Positions 1 through 10,129 of a DNA stretch of 64,000 bases are shown in pieces. Location of the stretch: NCBI GenBank assembly GCA_031428775.1, contig JANOYH010000332.1:339-64338 (forward strand), in the 5' to 3' direction. Made by a program: the position numbers and the translations under genes. The notes below the pieces were generated by a model. The model was not told the DNA's origin. It saw only the letters and a list, made by a program, of their open reading frames with translations, and made no database searches. The stretch is from Bacteroidota bacterium. GTDB lineage: Bacteria > Bacteroidota > Bacteroidia > Chitinophagales > Chitinophagaceae. Position 1 is the first letter of the stretch; each line of letters begins with the position of its first letter.

Positions 1-1
1 G

Positions 2-385
2 TACACCGCTTTAGGATACCCTGAAAAAGCTGCTAAATGGATAAAAATAGTATCCGATAGTATGTACAAAACAGGACAAGATGGATTAACGGGTAATGAT
101 GATTGTGGCCAAATGAGTGCTTGGTATGTGTGGACTGCATTGGGGATGTATCCAATGAATCCGGCCTCAGGTAAATATGTTTTTGGTTACCCCCTAATAA
201 AAGAAGGGACTATCCAATTGCCCAACAACAAACAATTCAGGATTCACACAAATAACAAGGGAACAAATAAAGCATCTAATAAATATGTACAGAAGGTATT
301 TCTAAATAATCGCCAAATCACCAAAGGCTATCTCACACACCAAGAATTATTAGCAGGAGGAGATTTAACTTACGAAATAAAATAA
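2..385 (+). CDS. GH92 alpha-mannosidase, C-terminal part (5' end outside window)
   Basis: Frame open from base 2 (YTALGYPEKAAKW...). Contains the GH92 C-terminal motif GNDDCGQMSAWYV..ALGMYPMNP and ends in the typical ...ELLAGGDL.Y. Confidence 0.9.
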   Translation, partial: YTALGYPEKAAKWIKIVSDSMYKTGQDGLTGNDDCGQMSAWYVWTALGMYPMNPASGKYVFGYPLIKEGTIQLPNNKQFRIHTNNKGTNKASNKYVQKVFLNNRQITKGYLTHQELLAGGDLTYEIK

Positions 386-429
386 TTTATCCATTTAAAA
401 CATTTCGCTTTAGTAATGGTTGCGACTAA

Positions 430-1824
430 CTAAGACTTCCAAACCAGCCCTTTCTTTGTGAAAGGAATTGTAATAGCACAGGCAAATAGTGTGAATAAAA
501 GACCTTTCAAAAATCCCATCATAAAACTACTGTTCATTTTGTCCCAATAGTCACTGATACCTACCAAGTGCATTATAGGCAACAAGAGTAAACTTCCTGA
601 AACATATGCCATCATTGGGTTTTGTCCAGAACGTACCATAAATTGATGCATTGGCTTAAGTATAACAAATGATTGAAAAATGGCTAAAACTAGAAAACTA
701 AAAAAAGCCAGCCCCACTGACACGAAATAATAACTATATGTAGAAAAATCCTTTTTTATGCCTCCCTCATATGCTTCAAAAGTTAAACCTAGCAATAATG
801 AAAATGCGCCTGCATAAAAAAATTGCTCTACTAACTTTTTATTACTCAATACTGATTTCTTGATTACCCAATTTATAAGAACTAATCCAACTATTGAACA
901 GATAACATTTGTTACTAACTGACGAGTAAACAAAAAAATGACATTCCAGACTATAACCGAAAAAAGCAGAAAGCCAATAATTTTTAAATTCCAATTATGC
1001 TTAATTTCTAAAGAATTTAAGTCTTTAGACTGCATAAGCCAATCACCAGCTATGGTTCCTGGTAATAAAATAAACAAGTATTTGAGAAAATAAAATTTAT
1101 ACAAAGCAGCAGTAGGAGTAAGATTATATATAAATTCATTCCAACTATCAGGAATTTTTGCTCCAAAAAATATAGCCATCACAAATGGAAGAATGCCTAA
1201 CCTCAACAAAATATTATTTCTTGTAAACCACCAAATAATAGTTCCAAAAAATGCCATATTGGCTAATACAATGATGATAATATCACTACTTGATAATTTA
1301 AAACCGTCTCCATTATTCAAAGGAAGACAAACTAAACATACAAAAGCTATCAGCATAGCCGAATAATTTATTATCGTTTCATTTTTTTTAGAAGTGACAG
1401 AACTGAATTTGCTATATGCCAAAAATAGAAGTATATATCCTAATAAAGACAGGAAATAAGTTGCGTTATTGGGTATTGTTTGAATATGATTCGACTTAAA
1501 TTGTTCAAGAAACAAAGCAAAAAAAACTAAGTAGAAAAATCGTCTAAATGCAGTAATTACTACAGCTTTTTGATCATTGTTGGTTACAAATTTTTTCATC
1601 GCTATAGGAATAGCTGCACCCATACAAAAAATAAAGAAAGGAAAAACTAAGTCAACCCAAGTTATACCGGGAAGGCTAGAATTAAACTGATGATTTGGGG
1701 GAGGCACTTGAGCATGAAACATCCAAGCAGGCATCATTGGACCATAGGCAATGCTACCAGATAGAATCATGGTAAAGATGGCGTATCCGCGTAAAGCATC
1801 TAGGTTAAGGAATCTTTCTTTCAT
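430..1824 (-). CDS. DUF5009 / HGSNAT (NagX)-like multi-pass membrane acyltransferase
   Basis: N-terminal RxxxLDALRGxAIxxMIL, GITWVDLVFPFFIFCMG, IKKD..TYSY and GQNPMMAYV motifs; about 12 hydrophobic segments. Confidence 0.8.
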   Translation of the reverse strand: MKERFLNLDALRGYAIFTMILSGSIAYGPMMPAWMFHAQVPPPNHQFNSSLPGITWVDLVFPFFIFCMGAAIPIAMKKFVTNNDQKAVVITAFRRFFYLVFFALFLEQFKSNHIQTIPNNATYFLSLLGYILLFLAYSKFSSVTSKKNETIINYSAMLIAFVCLVCLPLNNGDGFKLSSSDIIIIVLANMAFFGTIIWWFTRNNILLRLGILPFVMAIFFGAKIPDSWNEFIYNLTPTAALYKFYFLKYLFILLPGTIAGDWLMQSKDLNSLEIKHNWNLKIIGFLLFSVIVWNVIFLFTRQLVTNVICSIVGLVLINWVIKKSVLSNKKLVEQFFYAGAFSLLLGLTFEAYEGGIKKDFSTYSYYFVSVGLAFFSFLVLAIFQSFVILKPMHQFMVRSGQNPMMAYVSGSLLLLPIMHLVGISDYWDKMNSSFMMGFLKGLLFTLFACAITIPFTKKGLVWKS

Positions 1825-1836
1825 ATTTATGGTATT

Positions 1837-1876
1837 AAAAAAAACAGGCCATTATGAAACATAACGCCTGCTTTTT
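1837..1876 (-). terminator. Rho-independent terminator after SusD
   Basis: Minus strand CAGGC-G-TTATG-ttt-CATAA-TG-GCCTG followed by T8. Confidence 0.7.
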
Positions 1877-1912
1877 CTGTTAAAATCCAAAATGCCAAAG
1901 TTTAAAAAGATA

Positions 1913-3694
1913 TTACCAGCCAGTGTTTTGTGTTAAGTTAGGATTGTTATCAATTTCAGATTGCGGTATAGGCCAAAGTTTATATTTAACATTGGAGTTA
2001 ACCCTTGTCTGATTTCTAAAAGCAATTCTAAGTGATACACTAGACGCATAATTAGGCACATTATCAGTATCAAAAGTTGGGATTCCAGGAACAATCAATG
2101 GGTTTAAAGCTGCTCCAACAACACTCATGCTGTTTGCTTTTCCATAAATATCCCATCTCCGCAAATCAAATAAACGCAAGCCCTCGCCTCCAAACTCAAC
2201 TGCTCTTTCTCTGCGAAGAACTGTGCGCATAGCCCCCTGAGATCCTATTGCAACAGCTGGCTGTCCCGCTCTTGCACGAACTAGATTAATAGCCGTAGTT
2301 ACTGTTGCATCAATTTCATTCAACTCAATTTTGGCTTCTGCATAGGTTTGTAGAATATCTGCATATCGCATTAAAATATATCCAACTTTTGATTCAAAAG
2401 TATATTGAGTGGTATCATTGTATTTATTCCAAACATACCCTACACCACCAATATTGCCAGTAGCACTTACCTGCCACTGAATACCTGCAGCTTGAGCACC
2501 TATCCAGTCGTTATTTGTTGTTACATTATCATAAACACCAGTATTCCAATTAAACTTCCTACGCGTATTGGAATAGAAACCAAAAATGGTTCTTTCTCTT
2601 AAATTATTATAAGGCAAAGCAGCAGTTTTAGAAGCATAATGTACCATTGTATCACCTGACATATAAATAGTCCATGCCAATCTTCGGTCTCTATTTATAC
2701 GAGGATTTGCAGGATCATACACTGTAGAAACATCAATACGATTACCGTCTCTTCCTTCATACTGATCAACCAATTGTTGAGAAGGGAAATGACTACTTTG
2801 AGAATTGGTAACCTGGCGTGGAACGCCTAAAATAGGTCCCCAATTTTGTGGTTCATTTACATCAAGCGGATAGGCTTGACTGAACATAATTTCTCTAGCA
2901 GCATTACCATTTTGTCCTGCCAAAGAAAATAGATTTTGATAACTAGGATTCAATCCATAATTACCTCCATCAATAACTGTTTTAGTTGCGGTTGCTGCGG
3001 TTGGATAGTCTTTGATTAGCATTGCTAGCTTGGCTTTCAATCCCAAGGCCACCCCTTTATTAACACGTCCAAGTGCTTGAACAGGACTAGTTCCTGCCGC
3101 ATCAAATGCTGCTGCAGCTTCATCCAAATCTTTGTACATATCAGCAACAATAATTGTTACAGGAGTTCTTGTTGCAGACAGAATGGCTTCAACCCCAGGC
3201 ATGGTTCTATAATAAGGAACAGCACCAAACCAACCCATTAAATGATAATATCCCCAAGCCCTTAAAACTAAAGCCTCCGCTTTGATCCTATTATACGTTA
3301 CTAAAGACACATTAGCTTTTCCATTTTCCATACCAGCAATTTGTTGATTGGCGCGTTGTACTAATTTATAAGCTTGATTCCAACAAGCTGTAGTAAGTGA
3401 ATTATTAATTACAAACGGCCCCCCATCTCCCATAGCAATTAAATCTTCTGCATTTGCACCTCTTTTCATAGCGAGGTCGGTACTAGATTCAATAGAAAAA
3501 GGCAAAGGCGTATTATTTCCTAAACTCCACATAGCAGAAGCATAGGTTCCTATTAAGCCTTGTTCCATTTCGGACTGATTGCTCAAAAAGGTAGAGGAAG
3601 AAGATGCATCAAGTGGTTTACGATCTAAAAATTTCTGACAACTCATCAGCGTAACTGCTGATATTGTAAGAAGTATTACGATAAATTTTTTCAT
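1913..3694 (-). CDS. susD: RagB/SusD family nutrient-binding lipoprotein
   Basis: Lipobox (TLMSC), RYADILQTYAEA, ERAVEFGGEGLRLFDLRRW, C-terminal LWPIPQSEIDNNPNLTQNTGW; directly downstream of SusC. Confidence 0.95.
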   Translation of the reverse strand: MKKFIVILLTISAVTLMSCQKFLDRKPLDASSSSTFLSNQSEMEQGLIGTYASAMWSLGNNTPLPFSIESSTDLAMKRGANAEDLIAMGDGGPFVINNSLTTACWNQAYKLVQRANQQIAGMENGKANVSLVTYNRIKAEALVLRAWGYYHLMGWFGAVPYYRTMPGVEAILSATRTPVTIIVADMYKDLDEAAAAFDAAGTSPVQALGRVNKGVALGLKAKLAMLIKDYPTAATATKTVIDGGNYGLNPSYQNLFSLAGQNGNAAREIMFSQAYPLDVNEPQNWGPILGVPRQVTNSQSSHFPSQQLVDQYEGRDGNRIDVSTVYDPANPRINRDRRLAWTIYMSGDTMVHYASKTAALPYNNLRERTIFGFYSNTRRKFNWNTGVYDNVTTNNDWIGAQAAGIQWQVSATGNIGGVGYVWNKYNDTTQYTFESKVGYILMRYADILQTYAEAKIELNEIDATVTTAINLVRARAGQPAVAIGSQGAMRTVLRRERAVEFGGEGLRLFDLRRWDIYGKANSMSVVGAALNPLIVPGIPTFDTDNVPNYASSVSLRIAFRNQTRVNSNVKYKLWPIPQSEIDNNPNLTQNTGW

Positions 3695-3716
3695 TGTAAA
3701 GATTTTACTGTTTCAG

Positions 3717-6700
3717 TTAAAAGGTTACGTTAATTCCTGCAGTATATGTTCGCATTAAAGGATAAAACTCTGCATTAGCATTATTGATTTCTGGATCAAA
3801 TCCTTTCCATGCCTTTGTGATGGTCAACAAATTGGAAGCACTCACATAGACTCTTACTGCATTAATTTTTGCTTTATCTAGCCATTGTTTTTTCAATGTG
3901 TAACCCAGATTAACATTTTTAATTCTAAAATAAGATGCACTACGAATCCACTGTGAAGCCAACAAGAAGTTATTACCACCTGAACCAGAAGGCAATAAAC
4001 GAGGAAAAGTAGCATTTTGGTTACCAGGTGTCCAATAATTTTTATGTATATCTAATAAAGAAGCTGCAAAGTCTGCACTGCTGAAAGGTACCGCGCCTGT
4101 TCCACTTAAGTAGTTGTTACGTTGACCAACACCTTGACCAAATATATTCAAATCAAAATTTGCATAAGTAAGGTTAATGTTGAAACTATATTCATAACGA
4201 GGAAAAGAATTACCAATAAATGTTCTGTCGTTGGCATCAATCTTTCCATCTCCATTCACATCTTGATATTTCACATCACCTGGCTTAGGGCCCACAGTTA
4301 ATGAAGTGTTCCAAGGTATCCCAAATTGTACGGGAGAATTTTTAATGTCTGTAGAATCACTGAAATAACCTCCAGTCATATACCCAAAATACGAACCCAG
4401 TGCTTGACCAGGTGCAGTTCTAATACCATCGCCAATAAATGGTGTTCCTTCAACCAGACTAGTTACATTGTTCTTAACATCGGAAATCATCCCAGTAATA
4501 TCTAGGCCCAATTTTCCGAATTTGTTTTTATAGTTAAGCGAAAACTCCCAACCTTTATTTTCCATATTGCCCGCATTTACAAAAGGATTGGTTAACCCGC
4601 CAGCAGACTGAGGTAATGTACGTTGTAACAACATATTTTTCAATGTCTTTACATAATAATCAGCTGTTACTGTAAAATGTTTTGCAAAAGAAACATCAAT
4701 ACCTATATCTGTTTGGTTGGAAGTTTCCCAACTTAAATCTGGGTTTGCAAATTGTAATAATGCAACTCCTAAGTTTGTACTATTTGCAAAATAAGCATTG
4801 GTTCCATTATTAGGATTACTATAATTAGACTGTGCATAGAATGCATCATATGCGTAGTTGTTACCAATACTTTGGTTGCCATTTCCACCAATTGAAGCCC
4901 TCAACTTACCAAAATCAATAAACTTTGCTTTACTTAAAAAGCTTTCTTTAGAGAAGATCCAACCGGCTGATACGGCTCCGAAATTACCCCACTGTTTATC
5001 ACCTGCTTGTGAGAAACGAGAAGTACCATCTCTTCTACCATTCAATTCTAAGAAATATTTGTCTTCATAACTATAATTCAGACGAGCAAAAAATCCTGCT
5101 AATGCCAATTCTGAAGCTCCTGCATTATTGTCTCTTACCCCAGAACCAAGATTTAAATAAGGCTGATTGGGATTATTAAATCCTGTTCTTGATGCACCAA
5201 AGAAATAGTTGGTAAATAATTCTGATTGCCCACCTAACAAAGCTTTAAACGAATGCGCACCAATTCTTTTGTTATAAGTAGCTTGGCCTAAATAAGTAGT
5301 ATAGACATTGTTAGTATATGACTCCGACAAACTTGTGGTACCAGGCCAAGAACTTAATAAAGAATACGTACCTGTTGCTATATTGGGTTGATATATATCG
5401 GCATTTGATACAAATGTTTTGGTAGTAGGATTTGTTGCTTGACGGCCCCAATAGCCTTCAATTTCTAACCCGCTAATAGGCTTATAGTTAAACCCAAACC
5501 TTGTAAGCAAAGTACTACCATTGGTCTTAGAATTTCCTGTTGCTTCAGCCATTGCTATAGGATTTCTGTTATTAGACTGACCAGCTGTTCCATACATACC
5601 AGGTCCATATTTTCCTCCACCAATTGCAGGAAGTCCAATTGCTTGTCGAATCACAAATTCAGCAGACCCTGTAGATGGATTAATGGTTTTGTTTGAGTTA
5701 TAGCCAAAAATACCAATCAAAGAAAGCTTACTATTAATCTTGAATTCAGGATTCAAACGAATATCATATTTTTCAAAACTACTATTAGGAATTAACCCCT
5801 GCTGTTTCAAAAAAGTAAAAGAAGAAAATAAATTTATCTTATCAGTTGAAGTAGATAACTGTATGTTATGATTTTGTAGCATTCCGCTATTAGTCAAAAC
5901 TTCATTCAACCAATCGGTATCAATAACATCTAAATTGTTAGCTGGAGTTGTTTTATACTTATCAATCAGCGACTGAGGATAAACTGTAGCTAATGGATTT
6001 CCAGTTCGGTTTTGTTCTGCTACGTTACTTAGTGTCATGTGATCAATTGCATTCACTCGATCAGGTATAGCTGTTGCAGATTGTTTAGATACAAAAGCGT
6101 TGTAGCTTAACTTTAATCCTTTTTCGGTTGCTCTTTTTGTTTTAACCAAAACTACTCCACCAGAAGCACGATTACCATAAATAGCTGTAGAAGCTGCATC
6201 TTTTAATAGGGTAATACTTTCAATTGCATTGGGATCAATTTGATCTAAGGAACCAATTGCTAATCCGTCTACAATAATTAATGGCGCACTGCTTCCTGAT
6301 ATCGAACCTTGTCCACGTATAATAATACTAGCACCATCTGCACCCGGTTTACCAGATTGTTGTTGAACAGTAACCCCAGGGGCCAACCCTTGTAAAGCTT
6401 GACTGGTACTGGTAACTTGGCGCCTATTTAAAGTAGCGTTATTCAATGTTACTAATGAGCCTGTTAAACTGGCTTTTTTCTGTGCGCCATAACCCACAAC
6501 AACTACTTCACCCATATCACCCACCGTAATTTGCAACAGAACATCTAATGTTGAACCATTCACTTTTATTTCTTGAGTAGCAAATCCAATGCCGGAAAAA
6601 ACAAGTATTGCAGACTTGTCCACCAGAATGCTATATTCACCTGCAGCACTGGTGGCAGTTCCAGCTTTAGCACCTTTTACCAATACTGATATTCCTTCAG

Positions 6701-6812
6701 CAGCATTTCCAGAACCTGCACTGGTAACTCTTCCCGCAACCCTAACTTGTTGCGCTACTGCACTACCAATAATCATTAGTAGTAAACAGCACGAGAGCAA
6801 TAATTTTTTCAT
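3717..6812 (-). CDS. susC: SusC/RagA family TonB-dependent transporter
   Basis: Signal peptide, CarboxypepD_reg-like N domain, EVVVVGYG, plug motif IESITLLKDAASTAIYGNRASGGVVLVKTK, LSWETS, C-terminal F. Confidence 0.96.
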   Translation of the reverse strand: MKKLLLSCCLLLMIIGSAVAQQVRVAGRVTSAGSGNAAEGISVLVKGAKAGTATSAAGEYSILVDKSAILVFSGIGFATQEIKVNGSTLDVLLQITVGDMGEVVVVGYGAQKKASLTGSLVTLNNATLNRRQVTSTSQALQGLAPGVTVQQQSGKPGADGASIIIRGQGSISGSSAPLIIVDGLAIGSLDQIDPNAIESITLLKDAASTAIYGNRASGGVVLVKTKRATEKGLKLSYNAFVSKQSATAIPDRVNAIDHMTLSNVAEQNRTGNPLATVYPQSLIDKYKTTPANNLDVIDTDWLNEVLTNSGMLQNHNIQLSTSTDKINLFSSFTFLKQQGLIPNSSFEKYDIRLNPEFKINSKLSLIGIFGYNSNKTINPSTGSAEFVIRQAIGLPAIGGGKYGPGMYGTAGQSNNRNPIAMAEATGNSKTNGSTLLTRFGFNYKPISGLEIEGYWGRQATNPTTKTFVSNADIYQPNIATGTYSLLSSWPGTTSLSESYTNNVYTTYLGQATYNKRIGAHSFKALLGGQSELFTNYFFGASRTGFNNPNQPYLNLGSGVRDNNAGASELALAGFFARLNYSYEDKYFLELNGRRDGTSRFSQAGDKQWGNFGAVSAGWIFSKESFLSKAKFIDFGKLRASIGGNGNQSIGNNYAYDAFYAQSNYSNPNNGTNAYFANSTNLGVALLQFANPDLSWETSNQTDIGIDVSFAKHFTVTADYYVKTLKNMLLQRTLPQSAGGLTNPFVNAGNMENKGWEFSLNYKNKFGKLGLDITGMISDVKNNVTSLVEGTPFIGDGIRTAPGQALGSYFGYMTGGYFSDSTDIKNSPVQFGIPWNTSLTVGPKPGDVKYQDVNGDGKIDANDRTFIGNSFPRYEYSFNINLTYANFDLNIFGQGVGQRNNYLSGTGAVPFSSADFAASLLDIHKNYWTPGNQNATFPRLLPSGSGGNNFLLASQWIRSASYFRIKNVNLGYTLKKQWLDKAKINAVRVYVSASNLLTITKAWKGFDPEINNANAEFYPLMRTYTAGINVTF

Positions 6813-6827
6813 AAGCGTTCGTTTTGT

Positions 6828-8753
6828 TTAATTGTATGTCTGTTTAAATAATCCTTTGTGGTCTACATCCATTTTTTCAAAAGGATGCAAAGTTTCATCC
6901 AGTAGTTTGGCAAACTGAATTCTAGTTAAAGCCTTTTTGAAGTTTAATTCTCCAAAATTCCAAATTGGCCATTCTTTGGATACCTTCCTTTTCAATGTTT
7001 CGAAACTGGGTTCTTTTTGGGAAACCCCTTGGTTTTTTTTTGCAAGGATGCTTGATATTTGGACAATTGTTTTCAGTGCATCATTGATTGAAAATAATTT
7101 CTGCTTAATATTAAAAGAAGTATTGAATATGGCATCAAGATCCCTAGATAATTCAATGCCATTGATGGTTGAATCTGGATAAAAAAAGGTTTGATTGGCC
7201 CAATTATTTGGCACGCCTTTCCCTTTTAAAATATCTGTAGCGCCTATTTTCTGAATAGCTAGAAAATGTGGATTAGAAAGTGGGACATCAAAATATGGCA
7301 TAATATAAGCGCCAGAAAGCAATAAATTTTTCTGAACATTTCTGATAGATATTTCATTTGCATTTTTATTTTCCTGAATAGCAAGTGCCGCAAGTGTTCC
7401 AGCTGCTTGTCCAATTAATAATACACTAGGTTGCAAACGAGTAGTGCCATTCACAATATTTGAAACGCTAATACCTTTTTCAGCAATAATCAACCCCTTA
7501 AAAGATGGAGGTATTAATGATCCAAGAGGAATATTAAAAGAAGGAACGGGGTAGAAATCTAAGTGTTGAGGGGCATTTGGATTTTTTTTGTGGTGATGAT
7601 CTATGGGATAATCACCAACAGCTATTCCAGTTCTATTTAGATGCAAGTTGCCAGAAAAAGGTTCAGCGATATGCTTGATATTAAAACGAACGATTCCTTT
7701 AACCCTTCTTCCTTCTCTATAATAAGGAATGAGTGGAAAACGATCGATGGTAGGAAACTCATCATCAGCAAATCCCAGGTTTTTAAACCCTAATTGATGC
7801 TGTATAAAATATACAAATCGGAGTGTTTGTTCTTTTGCTTTAAGCAATTCTTTTTGCCTTCCTGCCTCATCCATTTCAACTATATTGAGGTAAATATCAT
7901 TACCATAACCTGGCCAATTGATCATGTATTTGTGATTAGGCAATTTACCATAATCCAACATTTTCTTTGCATCAACAGTAGGCGCTTTTCTAGATTTGTC
8001 TAAATAATAATCTGAACATGCACCATCAAATTCGCGCGGATCATATCCTAACGGTTTTGCAATTGTACAATCCTTCGCAATGCCATAATCCTTCAATATT
8101 GCAGTATAAGTAATATCCTGTACTATATCATTGGAAAATAATACGCCCACATTTTCACCTGAAACTACACTTGCTTCCATTCCTAAATCATATGGAACGC
8201 CAGCATTAGCAAATACATCACCCAGTTCAGTTGCATCAATTGTTTGCTTGGCAAAAATGGTAATAGATGTTTTGTTCAGTTTATTAATAAAAATAGCTCC
8301 TAGAATCTTATTTTGTTCTTTAACAACTTTTGAGAATTGGAGATTATATAAAACCTGAATTGAGGGAACAGCTAAAACTAATTTTTTAAATATGCTATCC
8401 CCTATTCTTGGCTCAAACAAAGTATTGCTAACCCAACCAGTTGCTACCTTACTCGGACCACCATACACTTCATACAATTTGTTTCTAAACTCCCCAAAAA
8501 TACCAGAGGGCATATTATTATTTCCGTCAAATGCGGATACACCTGCAGCAGTTATCATGCCCCCAAGCCAGGTGGTAGGTTCGGCAATAATTGTTTTTAC
8601 ACCCAGTCTTCCCGCTTGCAATCCAGCAGCTACACCACTTGCACCACCACCAATGACTAATACATCTGTATGAAATGTTTGCGCATAACTAGTACAGACT
8701 GAAATCAGCAATAGCAGGACAACAAAAAAATAATATCGTAGATTTTTAGTCAA
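6828..8753 (-). CDS. Exported FAD-dependent oxidoreductase (FAD_oxidored-like) with SLH-like C-terminal region
   Basis: Sec-type signal (..SVCTSYA/Q), DVLVIGGGASGVAAG dinucleotide-binding motif, IDATELGD, PYYREGRR, RLQPSVLLIGQAAG; tail FDVPLSNPHFLAIQKIGATDILKG...LTRIQFAKLL. Confidence 0.85.
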   Translation of the reverse strand: MTKNLRYYFFVVLLLLISVCTSYAQTFHTDVLVIGGGASGVAAGLQAGRLGVKTIIAEPTTWLGGMITAAGVSAFDGNNNMPSGIFGEFRNKLYEVYGGPSKVATGWVSNTLFEPRIGDSIFKKLVLAVPSIQVLYNLQFSKVVKEQNKILGAIFINKLNKTSITIFAKQTIDATELGDVFANAGVPYDLGMEASVVSGENVGVLFSNDIVQDITYTAILKDYGIAKDCTIAKPLGYDPREFDGACSDYYLDKSRKAPTVDAKKMLDYGKLPNHKYMINWPGYGNDIYLNIVEMDEAGRQKELLKAKEQTLRFVYFIQHQLGFKNLGFADDEFPTIDRFPLIPYYREGRRVKGIVRFNIKHIAEPFSGNLHLNRTGIAVGDYPIDHHHKKNPNAPQHLDFYPVPSFNIPLGSLIPPSFKGLIIAEKGISVSNIVNGTTRLQPSVLLIGQAAGTLAALAIQENKNANEISIRNVQKNLLLSGAYIMPYFDVPLSNPHFLAIQKIGATDILKGKGVPNNWANQTFFYPDSTINGIELSRDLDAIFNTSFNIKQKLFSINDALKTIVQISSILAKKNQGVSQKEPSFETLKRKVSKEWPIWNFGELNFKKALTRIQFAKLLDETLHPFEKMDVDHKGLFKQTYN

Positions 8754-8767
8754 GTTTCATTTTGCTT

Positions 8768-9961
8768 CTATAATGATTCTAATGTTTTCCAGACCTGAAA
8801 TAGTGAACGTGGAATATGAAAACAACCTTTCCATTTTCCACCTTTTAATGGCAGTAATACTTCCCCTCTTCTATTCAAGTAACCAAACCATTCCTCGCAT
8901 TCTTTATCTTTGAAATGGCTCCAGGTATAATCATGTATCTTTTTGAACCAAGTAGCACAACGCTCATCTTTGGTTAAAGCATAAGCCTTAGCTAATGCAA
9001 CCAAAGCTTCTACATGAACCCACCAAAGTTTTTGGTCCCATTCTAATTGTTGGGTAGGATGTCCTTTCACGTCTAAGAAATAAAATATTCCACCAAATTC
9101 TTTATCCCAACCAAACGCTAAAGTATCGAGCATAATGTTGGTGGCTTTTTCTATAAGAGCCGTATCGTTGATTCTTTTACCTAGATCCATGATAAACCAC
9201 ATAGCCTCAATAGCATGCCCAGGGTTGAGCAATCGGCCTTCGAAACTATCGCAGAAAGAACCATCTTCATATACGTTTTCCAATACTAGACCAAGGTCTG
9301 GTTGATAAAACACCTCCATCACTTCTTCAACTATTTCTGGAATAAATTCATTAACTCGTTTCTCTCCTAATAAATGTTCTAGTTCTAAGGACAGATTGCA
9401 TAAAATCATTGGCAAACTGAATGACTTTAGTGACCTAGTTCCTGGAAAGTTTTTGTTGTATTTCCCCTTAGTATTTTTTCGCCTAGCAAGAATATTTTCA
9501 AATGTGTCTAAGGCAATTTTTTTGTATTCATCAGAAGGAGAAACTTTATCTAGCGCTGCAAATGCCATAGTTGCAAAACAATCACTAAAAATATTATAGG
9601 GTTGAATAAGTGGCTTTCCATCAGCCGTTAAAGAAAAATACCAGTTACCATTTTCGTCTCTACCATGCTTTTGCATGAACTCAGCTCCGTTTTTTGCAGC
9701 TTCAAGCCATGCCTCATTTGGTTCAACATTTTTGTACATGAAAGCAAAACACCAAACCTGTCGTCCTTGTAACCAGATAAACTTATCAGTATCGTACACC
9801 TTTCCAAATTGGTCAAGACAAGTAAAAAATCCTCCATTTACTTTATCAATGCTATTATTCAACCAAAATGGTAGAATACCTTGCAATAATTCATTTTTAT
9901 ATTGTTCAGCATAGCTTTTCAAAGCATTTATAGGTTCCCCAATTGCAATAGTCGTGAGCAT
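8768..9961 (-). CDS. AGE-family N-acylglucosamine 2-epimerase
   Basis: GGFFTCLD, DKFIWLQGRQVW, NPGHAIEAMWF, QKLWWVHVE, GGKWKGCFHIPR. Confidence 0.93.
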   Translation of the reverse strand: MLTTIAIGEPINALKSYAEQYKNELLQGILPFWLNNSIDKVNGGFFTCLDQFGKVYDTDKFIWLQGRQVWCFAFMYKNVEPNEAWLEAAKNGAEFMQKHGRDENGNWYFSLTADGKPLIQPYNIFSDCFATMAFAALDKVSPSDEYKKIALDTFENILARRKNTKGKYNKNFPGTRSLKSFSLPMILCNLSLELEHLLGEKRVNEFIPEIVEEVMEVFYQPDLGLVLENVYEDGSFCDSFEGRLLNPGHAIEAMWFIMDLGKRINDTALIEKATNIMLDTLAFGWDKEFGGIFYFLDVKGHPTQQLEWDQKLWWVHVEALVALAKAYALTKDERCATWFKKIHDYTWSHFKDKECEEWFGYLNRRGEVLLPLKGGKWKGCFHIPRSLFQVWKTLESL

Positions 9962-10129
9962 GAAGTCTTATTTAAGTTTTTAATGGACATTCTTAAATTG
10001 ACTGTAATATCATAAATTTTATTATAAACTCATAAAAACTTTCTAATTATTTTTATTTATTAAGAATTTTTGAAGTTGAATTTTATTAATATGACTAAAT
10101 TGTAGGTTCATTGTAGCTATTTTTAACAG

